Assembly (NCBI GenBank): GCA_964019335.1
Contig: OZ025690.1
Location: 248,001 to 312,000, forward strand
Length of the DNA: 64,000 nucleotides
Source of the DNA: Diplonema japonicum
Taxonomy: Eukaryota; Protista; Euglenozoa: Diplonemea
Direction of reading: 5' to 3'
Below, piece by piece: positions 1 to 10,665 of this stretch. The first letter of the stretch is position 1; each line of letters starts with the position of its first letter. The notes under the pieces were generated by a model. That model worked only from the letters and a program-made list of their open reading frames with translations, had not been told where the DNA came from and did no database searches. Position numbers and translations under genes: made by a program.

Positions 1-2414
1 GGGATGTCATCGTGTTTCAAAAGCATCTTTAACATTTTGAAATGCTTCGTCCCGCACGCCACGTGAAGAGCGGTGTTCTCAGAGGTGATCTCCTTCACGC
101 TGTCGAACATCGCTAAGACTTCCTCAAGCTTGTCAACATCAACGTTCTCCACATGCAGCATCCCGTTGTAGATCATCTGACATTGTTTTGGCGAGAACTT
201 GCACGATTTGATTAGTTTATACGCGTTCTGGTCGTCCTTCCTCGCCCAGTCTTCTCCTATGAAGACGCACGTGTCATCTTCCAAGGTGGTCCCGTACATC
301 TCCTGCATCTCTATCCTGGCTGCCCAGTCTCTTGTTTGATCCAGGTTTTTGCCGGTCGGAAGGCGTCGATTTAACAGATTGTTCAGATGTCCTTCGCGTA
401 TGCTGAATTTCTCGCACCAACCCGCCACTTGTGACTTAAACAACCCGGATAGCAGTATTGGGGTGAGGGCTATGGTCGCGATGGAGACAGCGAGAGCCCA
501 TGATCTCCCGTCGGCGGTGTCCCACGGCCGCAACGCAATGACAATCCCCAGGATTGAAAACAAAGCCTTCACGGTTAACGAGCCCATGCCGTGGTCGGAG
601 GTGTACAAGATGGAGTAGATCGATTCTGACCAATGCCTCTTCAAAACACCAGTTTCCAAAAAAACCTCCGCCGCAAGAAGCGCGAAAATAAACGCCAGGC
701 AGAGAATCCCGTACACATTCGCCAGATACACCCATGAGGCGGTGTGGCAGACAAAATCTAACATTCCAATGGCAACGAGGTATTTTTCAGCGGATGCTAT
801 TTTTTCAGGGATATCGACTGAGGAACAAGCGCGAAGTGCTATCCTCTTGCTGTCCATCACCAAGACTCCCAAGGGCGCGAACAACGCGGTGACGGCGGGC
901 AGCACATACAAGAAGTTTGATGAAATCGAGGATCCCGACACACAGCTTGCAAACACTGCCCGCGCCACACCCGGCACCAGGATCCAGTTGTTAAGCATCG
1001 TTGTTAGCGGTGTTTTTTGCGAGAAAAACCGGTAGATTTCAAGGTCGAAAAACTGGGCCACAGCACGGGTCCCTCCTTGCTTCATTGGAACCCACAACCA
1101 CAACGAGCTGAGCAATCCGTACACCACCTCAAAACCAACGATCAAAAACCCCGTTGAACTCCCTGCGTAAAATTCCTTCGCGGCGATAAACACCTCCACC
1201 AGCTTCGGTATCTGGTACACGGTACAGTACATGCTAAGCGTGCTGGTGGCAGTCTCCGTGACGCCAAAGACGTCTGGGTCGCCAAGGTCGTCCTGCTCGA
1301 TATCGTTGATGGCAAGCCCCTGGTACCCTCTGCTTTGAGCACCGCTTTTGCAGAGCAACCCTGCCACACATGGAAACACCCCCAATAGTAGTATACTTGC
1401 TGCCCCGACGATTATCCACGGGGTGTAGGCATTGTTTTTATCATGTTTACTAGTTTCCCCACTCGGTACCGGTGTTGTCGCTGGTACTGGGCTTGGGCTT
1501 GGTGTGTCTGGTGACATGGTTGTGGGCATGGGTGATGGTGCTGGTGGTGATGGCGTTGAAATCGGTATGATTGTCCCCGAGCCACCGGTGCATTTAAACA
1601 CCTTTTTACTACTGCACGCTGTTGGGTTGCTGCAGTGAACCGTTACGTTCTTGCAATGCGTGCCCGAGAAGACCGTCCCCGTGCAGCTTTGAGGGCCCTC
1701 GCAAAACAGGTTGTACTGCGCTAGACTGTTCACCGAGAACCTGTTGCCAATACACGCCTTGTTCGATTTGCAGTATACAGACACTGATGGATCGGCCTTG
1801 TTCGAAGGAAAGCTCCATGTGTTGTTATGGCAGACGTCCTCTGCCTCACAGTGGACCTCCCGAAGAACGCCTGGCCGTAGATTCTCCAGGGTGATTTGGT
1901 TGCTGGAGAAGGAACCCAGTGCGTTGCCCACTGTCACGTTGAAGAGATCGGCGTTATAGACACTGATTTGCATGTTGTTGCAAGACTCCTTTGAAAGGCA
2001 CGCCAGGTGAATTTTAGAGCTGTCTTCTGTTCTGAGTATTCCATGAAAGCAAGACTGTCCCTCGTTGCAGTTGAAATAAATATCTTTGAACCCATTCAGC
2101 GTGAAGTTCATCGCCGTCTGTTCATGCACTGTGACTAGCTCGGCCACCGCGTCTTTGTTCCCGTGTTGTCTGTCGATTTCGCCGATCACTATGAGCTTTG
2201 TGCAGGCTCCTTGAAAATTGCATTCGATCCTCAGTGAGCTCACCTCGACCGCCATCACCGTCAGGTGCTTGCAGTCCCCTTGCTCCTCACAGATCACGGT
2301 ACAGTTCTGATTCTTTTCGCAAGCTACAGTTTCGTTCTGTTTTGTTGGATAAATCGTCTGCCCGCCCACACCGACCGCTAACATCACCGCAATGCACACC
2401 CTGACCGTCCCCAT
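1..2414 (-). CDS. Large membrane protein (partial, runs off left edge): signal peptide, Cys-rich ectodomain, Pro/Thr linker, multiple TM helices, start of ankyrin repeats
   Basis: Manual translation from ATG 2414 (MGTVRVCIAVMLAVGVGG...) appears open to position 1 and ends in ...ENTALHVACGTKHFKMLKMLLKHDDIP (ankyrin motif). Absent from the ORF track because there is no stop in the window. Confidence 0.8.
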   Translation of the reverse strand, partial: MGTVRVCIAVMLAVGVGGQTIYPTKQNETVACEKNQNCTVICEEQGDCKHLTVMAVEVSSLRIECNFQGACTKLIVIGEIDRQHGNKDAVAELVTVHEQTAMNFTLNGFKDIYFNCNEGQSCFHGILRTEDSSKIHLACLSKESCNNMQISVYNADLFNVTVGNALGSFSSNQITLENLRPGVLREVHCEAEDVCHNNTWSFPSNKADPSVSVYCKSNKACIGNRFSVNSLAQYNLFCEGPQSCTGTVFSGTHCKNVTVHCSNPTACSSKKVFKCTGGSGTIIPISTPSPPAPSPMPTTMSPDTPSPSPVPATTPVPSGETSKHDKNNAYTPWIIVGAASILLLGVFPCVAGLLCKSGAQSRGYQGLAINDIEQDDLGDPDVFGVTETATSTLSMYCTVYQIPKLVEVFIAAKEFYAGSSTGFLIVGFEVVYGLLSSLWLWVPMKQGGTRAVAQFFDLEIYRFFSQKTPLTTMLNNWILVPGVARAVFASCVSGSSISSNFLYVLPAVTALFAPLGVLVMDSKRIALRACSSVDIPEKIASAEKYLVAIGMLDFVCHTASWVYLANVYGILCLAFIFALLAAEVFLETGVLKRHWSESIYSILYTSDHGMGSLTVKALFSILGIVIALRPWDTADGRSWALAVSIATIALTPILLSGLFKSQVAGWCEKFSIREGHLNNLLNRRLPTGKNLDQTRDWAARIEMQEMYGTTLEDDTCVFIGEDWARKDDQNAYKLIKSCKFSPKQCQMIYNGMLHVENVDVDKLEEVLAMFDSVKEITSENTALHVACGTKHFKMLKMLLKHDDI

Positions 2415-2536
2415 GTTCGGAAGCAAAGAGAAAAATACACCTGGTATTCTTTTATTGTTTATTGCTCAACGTCCGTTGCAGGTTTCGGGCGACTACTAAA
2501 AAGATCTATTAAAAAAAGAAAATACGAATGTGGGTG

Positions 2537-4912
2537 TCACGAAAGTAACGCCTCTTTAGATCTGTTGACATTGCTGACCTCGGCGTCTGCATCGTCGGTG
2601 TTGCGCAGCGGCATGTGGGTGCACAGATGGATGTAGTCCCTGTCGGTAGGGGCTGCAGTGGTATCGCTGTCTTGCAAAAGAGAAGCGGGCAACGCGTACC
2701 ACCCACCACCATAAGACCGTTTGCTTGGCTTGGCGTTGCAGAACCCCGTGGGGAGGGGCTCAGGTGTTGTGGGCAGAGTGGGTGCCGGGGAAGGTGTAAT
2801 GCGCAGCATGTGGTCCATCGGTGTCGTCACGCGTGTGGGCGGGCAGCTTGCTCCGCTAGCAGGACGCGTGCTCGGCATGCTAGGCGACTCTACTGGAGGT
2901 CTCGGTGACTTCCTTGTAAAGTGCCGCGTTGCGGTGTCAGCCACTCGTGCGCCCATCAACCTGTTTTCATAGTCAAAAGCAATAACCTCCCACCCCTTCT
3001 CCATCTCCTCCTCGTCCTGCCTTGACAGCGCGGACCTCGGTCTTGGGCTCGGCACATCCTCTGGGGATCCGGCCCCTGTGCCATGCCGCCTGTAACTGTA
3101 CTCAGCCCCGTTCTTCAGTTCGTCCTGTTTTTTCATACGCAGCTCCCTCCTGACCCGTTTCCATGCCAACTCCCTCTCTTCGATGGCGTGTTGCCGCTCT
3201 TGCACCCTCAACTTGCACATTTCTTGTTCGAGGTCGCTTGACTTCAAGATCTTCCGTACCTCGATGTCCTCCTCGTGCGTGTCGAGCTCCTCGAACGGTG
3301 CCTCCCACTGCGTCGCCTTCGCAAGGGTGGGCCAACGGACAGGGCCGCAAGAAGAATCGACAACATCTGGCGAGGGGCTGCAGCCTCTAGACACGGGGGT
3401 TGCCAATACGTCCACTACCGACCTCGTGGGCTCTTCGCGGGGTTCATCGCCGACGTGCCGTACCGACGAGGGGCATTCTTCTGCTGGCTGTGCTACGCGG
3501 CTTTCTTCACCTGTCTCCTGCATATCAAGCACCGGAAGGACCCGCCTGTGCGCAGTTACCCTCATCACTGTGTCAGGAGGGAGTGCAGACGCACACTCCG
3601 TTGAGTCGGTACTTTTACTTTCACTCACTACATCGTGCTCGGCTGGTACTACGGGTGTCTCAGTCGGCACGCTTGAGTTCAAACCCAAACCCATCCCCTG
3701 GGACACAGCGGCTTCATGTATTTCATTCACAACCACGACCTTAGTTGAGGCTGCACTCGACACAATACCTGTGTCCTGAGGTGTGTCACCTGAGCCGGCT
3801 GCATTGCTCTCGTTGGGAAGTGGCGGTTGTGGCGTGTCGAGAGGTGGTGGTGGTTGAGGCGCGTTGGGAGGCAACGGTTGTGGCGTGTCGAGAGGCAGCG
3901 GTTGTAGCGCTAGTTGTGGCGCGTTGAGAGATGGCGGTTGTGGCGTGTCGAGAGGTGGCGGTGGTTGTGGCGCGTTGGGAGGCAACGGTTGTGGCGGCGC
4001 TGACTGTCTCGTTTCTGCAGCCAGCCCAAGAGAAGGTGCATCATCTGCCTGTTCAGAACAGCTGTTGCCTTTACCCACTTTGCCTTTGAGAGGTGCCTTC
4101 GACTTCCGTCTTCCCATCGCGAACGGGTGCTTCCGCATGTCAGGCGCCCTCACCATCAGCCGACGGTTGTGCGCAGAGTTTCTGAAGGGTGCTTGTGGGG
4201 GGGAAGGTGCGTTTGTGTCTTCCTTGGTTGCCGATGGGATGCGAACGGTAACGGTGTGCTGCTTGTGAGAGGGCTTTCCCTTGCGCTTTCCCACGGCAAG
4301 CGCTTCCACCTGCCGTTGCGATTCTGCTAGAGCGGCTTTGTACTTAGATAACTTGGTGGCGTTCTCCTCGCGCAAGCGATGCAAAGCGTCGCGCTCTGTT
4401 CTCAGAACGATGACTTCTCGTGTGAGGTCTTTTGTCACATGCTGCGATTCTCCGGTTCCTTTAGAATACGGAGTGCATTGAACACCAACGGTTTTGTTGT
4501 TCTTGGCCAGAGGTCGCATGTAAAATGGTTCAGAACCATTCGTGTTGTGCAGATTCGATATCTTCTTAAGGTTTTCTGTTCTTTCAGCGTCGTAACGAAG
4601 CTGCCGGTAGTTTGCTTGTGCTCTCAAGCGGTCTTGTTCGGCCATCAGGGATTGGTTTTCTTTTCGCAGATGGGCCGCCTCGCTGTTCAGCTCTTCCAAC
4701 CCAACAAAGGATGCGTCTAGCTGTTGAACCAAATACCCTACGTGGCTGGGCTCTGCGCTCTTGCATGTCACTTCGCGCAAGATCTTCAGGTAGAACTCAT
4801 TAAGCAGGCTGTCGAAGATACTTCGTTTCGTGTAAATGTTTTGTTCCCCGCCGCGCATCAGCCTTCCCACTACCTGTACAATCTCGTCGATGGCGGTTTG
4901 CAAGGTGTCCAT
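2537..4912 (-). CDS. Hypothetical protein, N-terminal coiled coil, Pro-rich repeats, disordered C-terminus
   Basis: 791-aa ORF with GC-rich coding composition and A-rich context before the ATG. Confidence 0.8.
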   Translation of the reverse strand: MDTLQTAIDEIVQVVGRLMRGGEQNIYTKRSIFDSLLNEFYLKILREVTCKSAEPSHVGYLVQQLDASFVGLEELNSEAAHLRKENQSLMAEQDRLRAQANYRQLRYDAERTENLKKISNLHNTNGSEPFYMRPLAKNNKTVGVQCTPYSKGTGESQHVTKDLTREVIVLRTERDALHRLREENATKLSKYKAALAESQRQVEALAVGKRKGKPSHKQHTVTVRIPSATKEDTNAPSPPQAPFRNSAHNRRLMVRAPDMRKHPFAMGRRKSKAPLKGKVGKGNSCSEQADDAPSLGLAAETRQSAPPQPLPPNAPQPPPPLDTPQPPSLNAPQLALQPLPLDTPQPLPPNAPQPPPPLDTPQPPLPNESNAAGSGDTPQDTGIVSSAASTKVVVVNEIHEAAVSQGMGLGLNSSVPTETPVVPAEHDVVSESKSTDSTECASALPPDTVMRVTAHRRVLPVLDMQETGEESRVAQPAEECPSSVRHVGDEPREEPTRSVVDVLATPVSRGCSPSPDVVDSSCGPVRWPTLAKATQWEAPFEELDTHEEDIEVRKILKSSDLEQEMCKLRVQERQHAIEERELAWKRVRRELRMKKQDELKNGAEYSYRRHGTGAGSPEDVPSPRPRSALSRQDEEEMEKGWEVIAFDYENRLMGARVADTATRHFTRKSPRPPVESPSMPSTRPASGASCPPTRVTTPMDHMLRITPSPAPTLPTTPEPLPTGFCNAKPSKRSYGGGWYALPASLLQDSDTTAAPTDRDYIHLCTHMPLRNTDDADAEVSNVNRSKEALLS
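3825..3995 (-). repeat. Coding tandem repeat (PQPLPPNA / PQPPPPLDT units)
   Basis: Repeated ggttgtggcgtgtcgagagg / ggcgcgttgggaggcaac units on +. Confidence 0.85.
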
Positions 4913-5321
4913 TTTATTGGTCTCCTTCCCCGCCCCTTCTCCCTTTGTGATATAGTGGGTGTATGTGGAGGTGGAGGGGAAAAAAAAAAAAACACGATAT
5001 TATATTTGTATGATACAAAAAAAAAAAAAAAATAGCGGTTTATGTCAGTGAGTGAGGGGGACGAGGCGTTTTTTTTTTTTTTATACATTGGACGATGAAG
5101 GGATTTTTTTTTTCTTTTCTTTTCCTCCCCCCACTTCCTTTTTTTTTTTTTGTTTCCTTCCCTCACCTGGTAAGGTGCCCTTTTTTTTTTTTTTTCTTTC
5201 CTTTTTCTTCTTTTTCTTTTTGTTGTTTTGCGGGAAGGTAATTCTTTTTATCGTTTTTTTTTTTTTTTCTTCTTCCAATGTGTAGTCTACCTTTTTTTTT
5301 TTTTTTTCATTATTTTTTTTT

Positions 5322-6859
5322 TCATTGCGTGACGACATTGTACAATTTTCCGTGCTGCACCAGGGACGGCTCAACATGCACGTTTTCCTTGTTGGTGATA
5401 CTTAGAACCTTAACAGAGTTTGAAGGGTCTTGGAATGCCTCTGTAATGTGCCCGACAACCTCCTCATTGTTCAAACCCGCAGGAATGGTAAGTTGATGCA
5501 CACCACCTCCAACAGAAGGACGCCTCAAGCTAATGGTAATGGTGTTGTTTAAATGGTCGTCGTCGTTGAGAACGGCCTCGTCTTCGGTTCTGGGGAGCGT
5601 GTCGTTGTCCTCGTCTTCCTTGTATTCGTCCATTTCTGAACAGTAATCTGAACAGTCGGAAGCATCTAAAGCTTGCTGGCGTTCGGCGTCATTAGGACAG
5701 TAAAGGACTGTTTTAACCTCGGCCTCGAGACACCACAGCCTTTTAATCGCCATTCTGTTGTCGAAATCAGATGTGAACAACAACATGTGAAATGTCAGCC
5801 ACGAATACTGAACAATTAGAAGCCCTCTAGCATGGTCGACTTGCATTGTTCCGCAGAGTTTTCGCTTAGCCTCGAAGAACCAAATAGAACCGATGATGAG
5901 CCAAATCACGACGAGCAACAACCACAGGATGAAAATAAAATTTCTCGAGAACGTTCTTGAAAAGGCGGACAGTGCTGCTTTGGGGGAGTAAGGCGCGATA
6001 AACCAGTAAAACACCTCAATAGACACAACAAGAGTCAGCATCATCCCAGTGAAGATCGCGTTCATCCTCCACCACAGTTTAAGCTTCTCAAGGTCCATGT
6101 TGCAGTTGATTTCAAACCAAACATCATTCGCGTAGTCATACTGTTTCAGGGTTGCACTGTCGAGGATGTACAAGTGCATGGCGACGGACCAGATCGTGAT
6201 CAGCACGTATAGGAATATAAGGATCAGGAAGGCGACCTCGTTGAGCCGCCCTCTGCATCCCTTTGCTTCTTCTATTCTTCGCTTGTGTTCTAGTTGCTGT
6301 CGGTCTTTCTTTTGTTTTTCCAGTCTTTGAACACGCATGTCGGCGTCCATTTTAATGATGGACTGCCTTGCCCCTGCCACCCCGGCGCTGATACTTTTAC
6401 TTCTAGACAATGAGGCTCGGATCGGTGCTAGTTTCGTGAGTTCCTCTTCTTCCAGTCTCTTGTGATATATTCTACGAACACGTTTTTTTTTTGCCCCAGC
6501 TTCGCTTCCGGTGCTTGGGGGTATACTACTGTTGCGGGCTTTCTGGAGTGGGGGGGGGGGGGGTACTATTTTTTATTTAAAATATAAATACCAGTTTCTC
6601 GGCAAATGTGCTTTCCCTTTTTTCGAGTTCTTTGTCATGTGGGTCGAAGGAGTCGTCCCCCACCGGTTCTGGGAGGAGCGCTCTTCCTTTCCCTACAACA
6701 ACGGTGTTTCGGAATTTTCTTGCTGCTAGTCTGATCACACCGGGTTTGGGCTTCGAAGTGGTTTCCTTTTTTTTTTTTTTTTTTCCTTGTCCTCTCGCAT
6801 ACATGGTTTTTCAGCTCGCCGATCGTGTTCTCAATCAGAGCTGTGAAGACACCACCCAT
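5322..6859 (-). CDS. Multi-pass (~4 TM) membrane protein, 3 exons
   Basis: ATG 6859 (MGGVFTALIENT); phase-0 GT-AG introns 6766-6802 and 6543-6591 join in frame to ORF 5322-6410. Confidence 0.75.
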
Positions 6860-7130
6860 GGTTCTTTTTTTTTTTTTTCTTTTTTTTCTTTTTTTTTTTT
6901 TTTTAAATTCCGCTCTTCCCCCCTCACACACAACACACGCACCTCCCAACTCCCCGCCCTCCCCCCCAACACTGTGATGGATGAAGTAATCTTCAAAAAA
7001 AAAAAAACTCCCCGCGTAAAAAAAAAAAAAAAGTTTTTTTTTTCATCATTTTTTTTTTTTTTTCTGGCAAGGAAAAAACAAAACAAAAACAAAAATGTTT
7101 TATAAAACATTTTTACCCCCCCCTTTTTTT

Positions 7131-8543
7131 TCAATTTTTCTTCAGTTTATTGTACTTTCCCATTGCTACTCTGTACGATTCGGCCTTTTCGTGCAGCGAC
7201 TTCACCGTGGCCTCCGACTCCCTCAGGGCACCAAAATCCTTCTCTTCAACCTTTTTTAACTTATGAAAAACGCTGATGTCGGTGGGGGTGAAATCCATCG
7301 ATGTCAAAACATGTCTCCACACGGCATCAATATCATGTGTTATAGGGGTCCCCCACGCGGTTTTAAAACAGTCCTCAAGACCGGAACGTAATATGTCCTC
7401 AAGGTATCGGTGCAAGTGCTGTCTGATCATGACACCGATTAAGAAATCGAGCGACGCGGAGAAAAGGAAGGAGTACAGAATAACAGGGGAAAAAGGGTCG
7501 TCTTCCTCAACGGATTGGAAAAGCCCTGCTAGAACACAGCATAGTGTGAAGGACACCAGGCAGATCAATGCAATGCACGTTCTGCGTCGTTTCCTCCCGC
7601 GGTACAGCATCTCGTTGCAGACTTTTGAAGCTATTTTAATTCGAAGAATGGCGTCCTCCGTCTGCTCGATGAGATTATCCGCGCGTTGCAACGGGACCTT
7701 TGAAATCTTTTGCAGCAAATCGGCTCTTTTTGCTTTGCATTCTTCCAACGCTGATTCCATTGTCTTCTGAACGGAAGTGGTGCGTTTTTGTTCTGTATAT
7801 ATTGTGTAGAACATTGGCGGTTCCTTTCTGGGAACGTATTTGGATAGGTTCCAGCAGAGTGTGCCGAATGTCATGACGAAGTCCTGCGTTGTTTGAAGTT
7901 TGTCGGTTTTGTTGAATATGTATCGAAGCTTGCCTTCCATTCCGGTTTTGAGAAGGTTTAACAGAACTTCTTGTTGTTCCCCACCTCCTGGTTTCTCCGG
8001 GTCGAACAGAAACAAAATAAGATCACTTCTTTCCGCGAACCATTGAATGCTCGCATGGACCGTTTCCTTTGAAAAAAGATCGTTTTCCACCGTTCCGAAG
8101 TCTGTTAAACCTGGTGTGTCGACGACGATTAGGTTTTCCGGAAAAGTTTCAGACTGTGAGTGTATTTTTTTCAGGCGAAGCCGGCCTTCTAAGCCCGGGC
8201 CGAACTGTCGTAAAGCTTCGAAACCGAGGTCAGGGTCGCTGATCACCGCGGAGCCCTTGATCTCGTTTTCTATTCCATCTCCGCTTTCTTTTAGTAGCAG
8301 TGTGAAGCCTGAGTCGGTTGGTGCCGCGCCCACATCTTGCTCGCCTTCTCTTTCGAGCACCGAGTTGATAAATGTCGACTTGCCACTTGAGTAGTTCCCG
8401 ATGACTAGGATCATGGGGTACTTGCATCGCTCCTTCGTCCTCACGATGTTCCACTGGTCCTGTGGTTTTAAAACCCTGTTGTAGCAGTCCTCGATTTCAT
8501 GCTCAATTTCGCGGAGCTCGCTGGCTCCTGCGGTGGGGGGCAT
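7131..8543 (-). CDS. EHD/dynamin-like P-loop NTPase with two C-terminal TM helices
   Basis: GNYSSGKST, APTDSGFT, VVDTPG, WFAERSDLILFLFDP and NKTD motifs; likely start MPPTAG at 8543 after an A-run. Confidence 0.85.
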   Translation of the reverse strand: MPPTAGASELREIEHEIEDCYNRVLKPQDQWNIVRTKERCKYPMILVIGNYSSGKSTFINSVLEREGEQDVGAAPTDSGFTLLLKESGDGIENEIKGSAVISDPDLGFEALRQFGPGLEGRLRLKKIHSQSETFPENLIVVDTPGLTDFGTVENDLFSKETVHASIQWFAERSDLILFLFDPEKPGGGEQQEVLLNLLKTGMEGKLRYIFNKTDKLQTTQDFVMTFGTLCWNLSKYVPRKEPPMFYTIYTEQKRTTSVQKTMESALEECKAKRADLLQKISKVPLQRADNLIEQTEDAILRIKIASKVCNEMLYRGRKRRRTCIALICLVSFTLCCVLAGLFQSVEEDDPFSPVILYSFLFSASLDFLIGVMIRQHLHRYLEDILRSGLEDCFKTAWGTPITHDIDAVWRHVLTSMDFTPTDISVFHKLKKVEEKDFGALRESEATVKSLHEKAESYRVAMGKYNKLKKN

Positions 8544-8874
8544 TTCTTTTTTTTTTTTTTTGTGCTGCTGATATATTGAACAAAACGGTATTTTAAAAAA
8601 AAACAGAAAAAAATGGGGGGGTAAAAAAAAAAACAAAAAAAAGATAAAACTATCGTATGGGAGGCAAACAAAAAAAAAGAAAAAATTTGGGTGGGGGTGG
8701 GGGGACGAAAAAGAGAAAGAAAAAATAAAAAACGGAGTAACAAAGTGAGAAGAAGGGTTACGCGTTGGGGGGGGGGGGGGGGGGAGATGAAATAAAAAAA
8801 AATGGGGTGGAGTATTTTTTCTCATTTTTTTTTTTAAAAAAGGTTAACGTTTATTCTTTTTTTTTTTTTTCCTC

Positions 8875-9092
8875 TTAAGAAGCGTACTTTGAACCGAAGT
8901 GAGCAACAATGATACTCGCGATGAAAATGAGGGACCCAGCCACAACGGTGATGGGCCCGACCTTGAAACCCATTCCTTCCTCCTCAGAGTCGGGACCAAG
9001 CTGTATTGTTTGTTTCCCCCCTCCCCCTTCCCTCCCATAGATACCTGGTTCCCGTTCCTTCCCGAGCGACGCATAGCACGAGCACGCTGCAT
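8875..9092 (-). CDS. SEC61B: Sec61 translocon beta subunit, 2 exons
   Basis: Removing intron 9001-9044 gives MQRARAMRRSGRNGNQLGPDSEEEGMGFKVGPITVVAGSLIFIASIIVAHFGSKYAS*, matching the Sec61-beta G.KVGP..V...SL.FIAS...H...KY pattern. Confidence 0.85.
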
Positions 9093-9443
9093 TTTTTTTT
9101 TTTTTTTTTTTGTGTTATATAACTGTGTTCATGTAGAATTTCCATTTGTCTTAAGACATTTGCACACAAAAAAAAAAAGCCAGCTTCAGATAAAAAAAAA
9201 AGAGGAGGGAAGAGAGGAGAGAATTATCTTCAAGCTTCTTTTTTATTCTCTCATATTTTTTTTTTCCCTCCCCCCTCCCACTTCTTTTTTTTTCTCCCCC
9301 GCCTCCCTGGTCTTTACAAAAACCTTCTAAGCTGTTAGGATAAAAGAGCTTGTTTTGTTTTTTTTTTTTCTTCTTTCTTCTTCTTCTCTTGACAATTTTT
9401 GCATCCAATAGAATGTTTTGTTCTAGAATGTTTGGTTTTTCGT

Positions 9444-9477
<34 letters not shown>

Positions 9478-9619
9478 CATACTCTCGATTCTTTCTCCCC
9501 CTCCCTACAGAGAGGAAGGAGGTACTTGAAATGTTTAATGAAACACAAGGGGAACAAAAGAAACCGGGAAGACAGGCGGGAGGGGCGAGGGGGGGAACAC
9601 AGAACATATTTTTCTCTTT

Positions 9620-9652
<33 letters not shown>

Positions 9653-9749
9653 TAGAGGGAAGGACATGAGAAAGAAAAAAAAAAAAAAAAAAAAAAAGCA
9701 AAAGCGGAGTACAAGACAGAGGAAAGGAGAACATGGGGGGGAGGTGCTT

Positions 9750-10351
9750 TCACTTTTCACGGGTTTCAGCTCTGCCTTCGATCATGCCTGTTATCGACTG
9801 CCTGAGAAGAGCAACAAAATGAAGGTCCTTAGCTGTAACAGTCACCCTCCCAGCGTGTATGCTAGCACGGATGGCATTCTTTTGTATTTTTTTTTTTTTT
9901 TTTTTTTTTCGTACCTGGAAATATGAAATCATGAACGCCTCAGAGGCCTCTTGCAACATTGTGAATACAACAGGCTTGAATCGGTACCCGTCCGAAGCAG
10001 CCTTCTTCCATGCCTCCAGCACTATCTGCTTGAAGCCCGCTTTGCTGATAAGGTTGTTTTGCGTCTTTTGCAGTCTTTTTATCTCAAGCAGAGCCGCCTG
10101 TCCATTCTTCTTTCTCCTCTTCGTGGACTCCTGTGATGACACTAATTTTGGCGACTTCTTCCCTTCAGCTGCCTTTTTGACAGGCCTTCCGAGCTTCCCC
10201 TTTGAAGGCGCACTCTTCTTCGTGATCTGCGACTCGCCTACGATTTCTTTTTTTTTTTTTTTTTTATATAAATACCAGAACTCGGAGGAGTGGCATCCAC
10301 GGCCTTGCCACGCACCTTGCGGGTCGCCAAATTGTGGCTCGATCTTGGCAT
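9750..10351 (-). CDS. Divergent histone H3 variant (CenH3/CENP-A candidate), 3 exons
   Basis: ATG 10351 MPRSSHN...; introns 10247-10275 and 9879-9914; histone fold ALLEIKRLQK...LQEASEAF...SIHAGRVTV. Confidence 0.85.
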
Positions 10352-10665
10352 TTCTTTTACTTGTTCTTCTGTTCTTTCCCCTTTTTTTTCTTGTATACAC
10401 GCTCAGTACCACAACAACAGCCTCCCCCCCCCCCCACCCCCCAAGTTTCGTTAGGGCATGCGGAGCAAACAAACAACAATCAAATAATAATAATAATAAT
10501 AACAACAAAAGAAACAAAAAAAGGGGGGAAGAAAGAGAGGGGCAACAAAAAAAAAAAGAGTTCTAATAAAATTAAAAAAAAAAAAAGAACTCGATGACAA
10601 AATAATATCTAACCCAACCAAAAAAAAAAAAAAAAATCTAACACAAAAAAAATCTTTTTTTCTCT

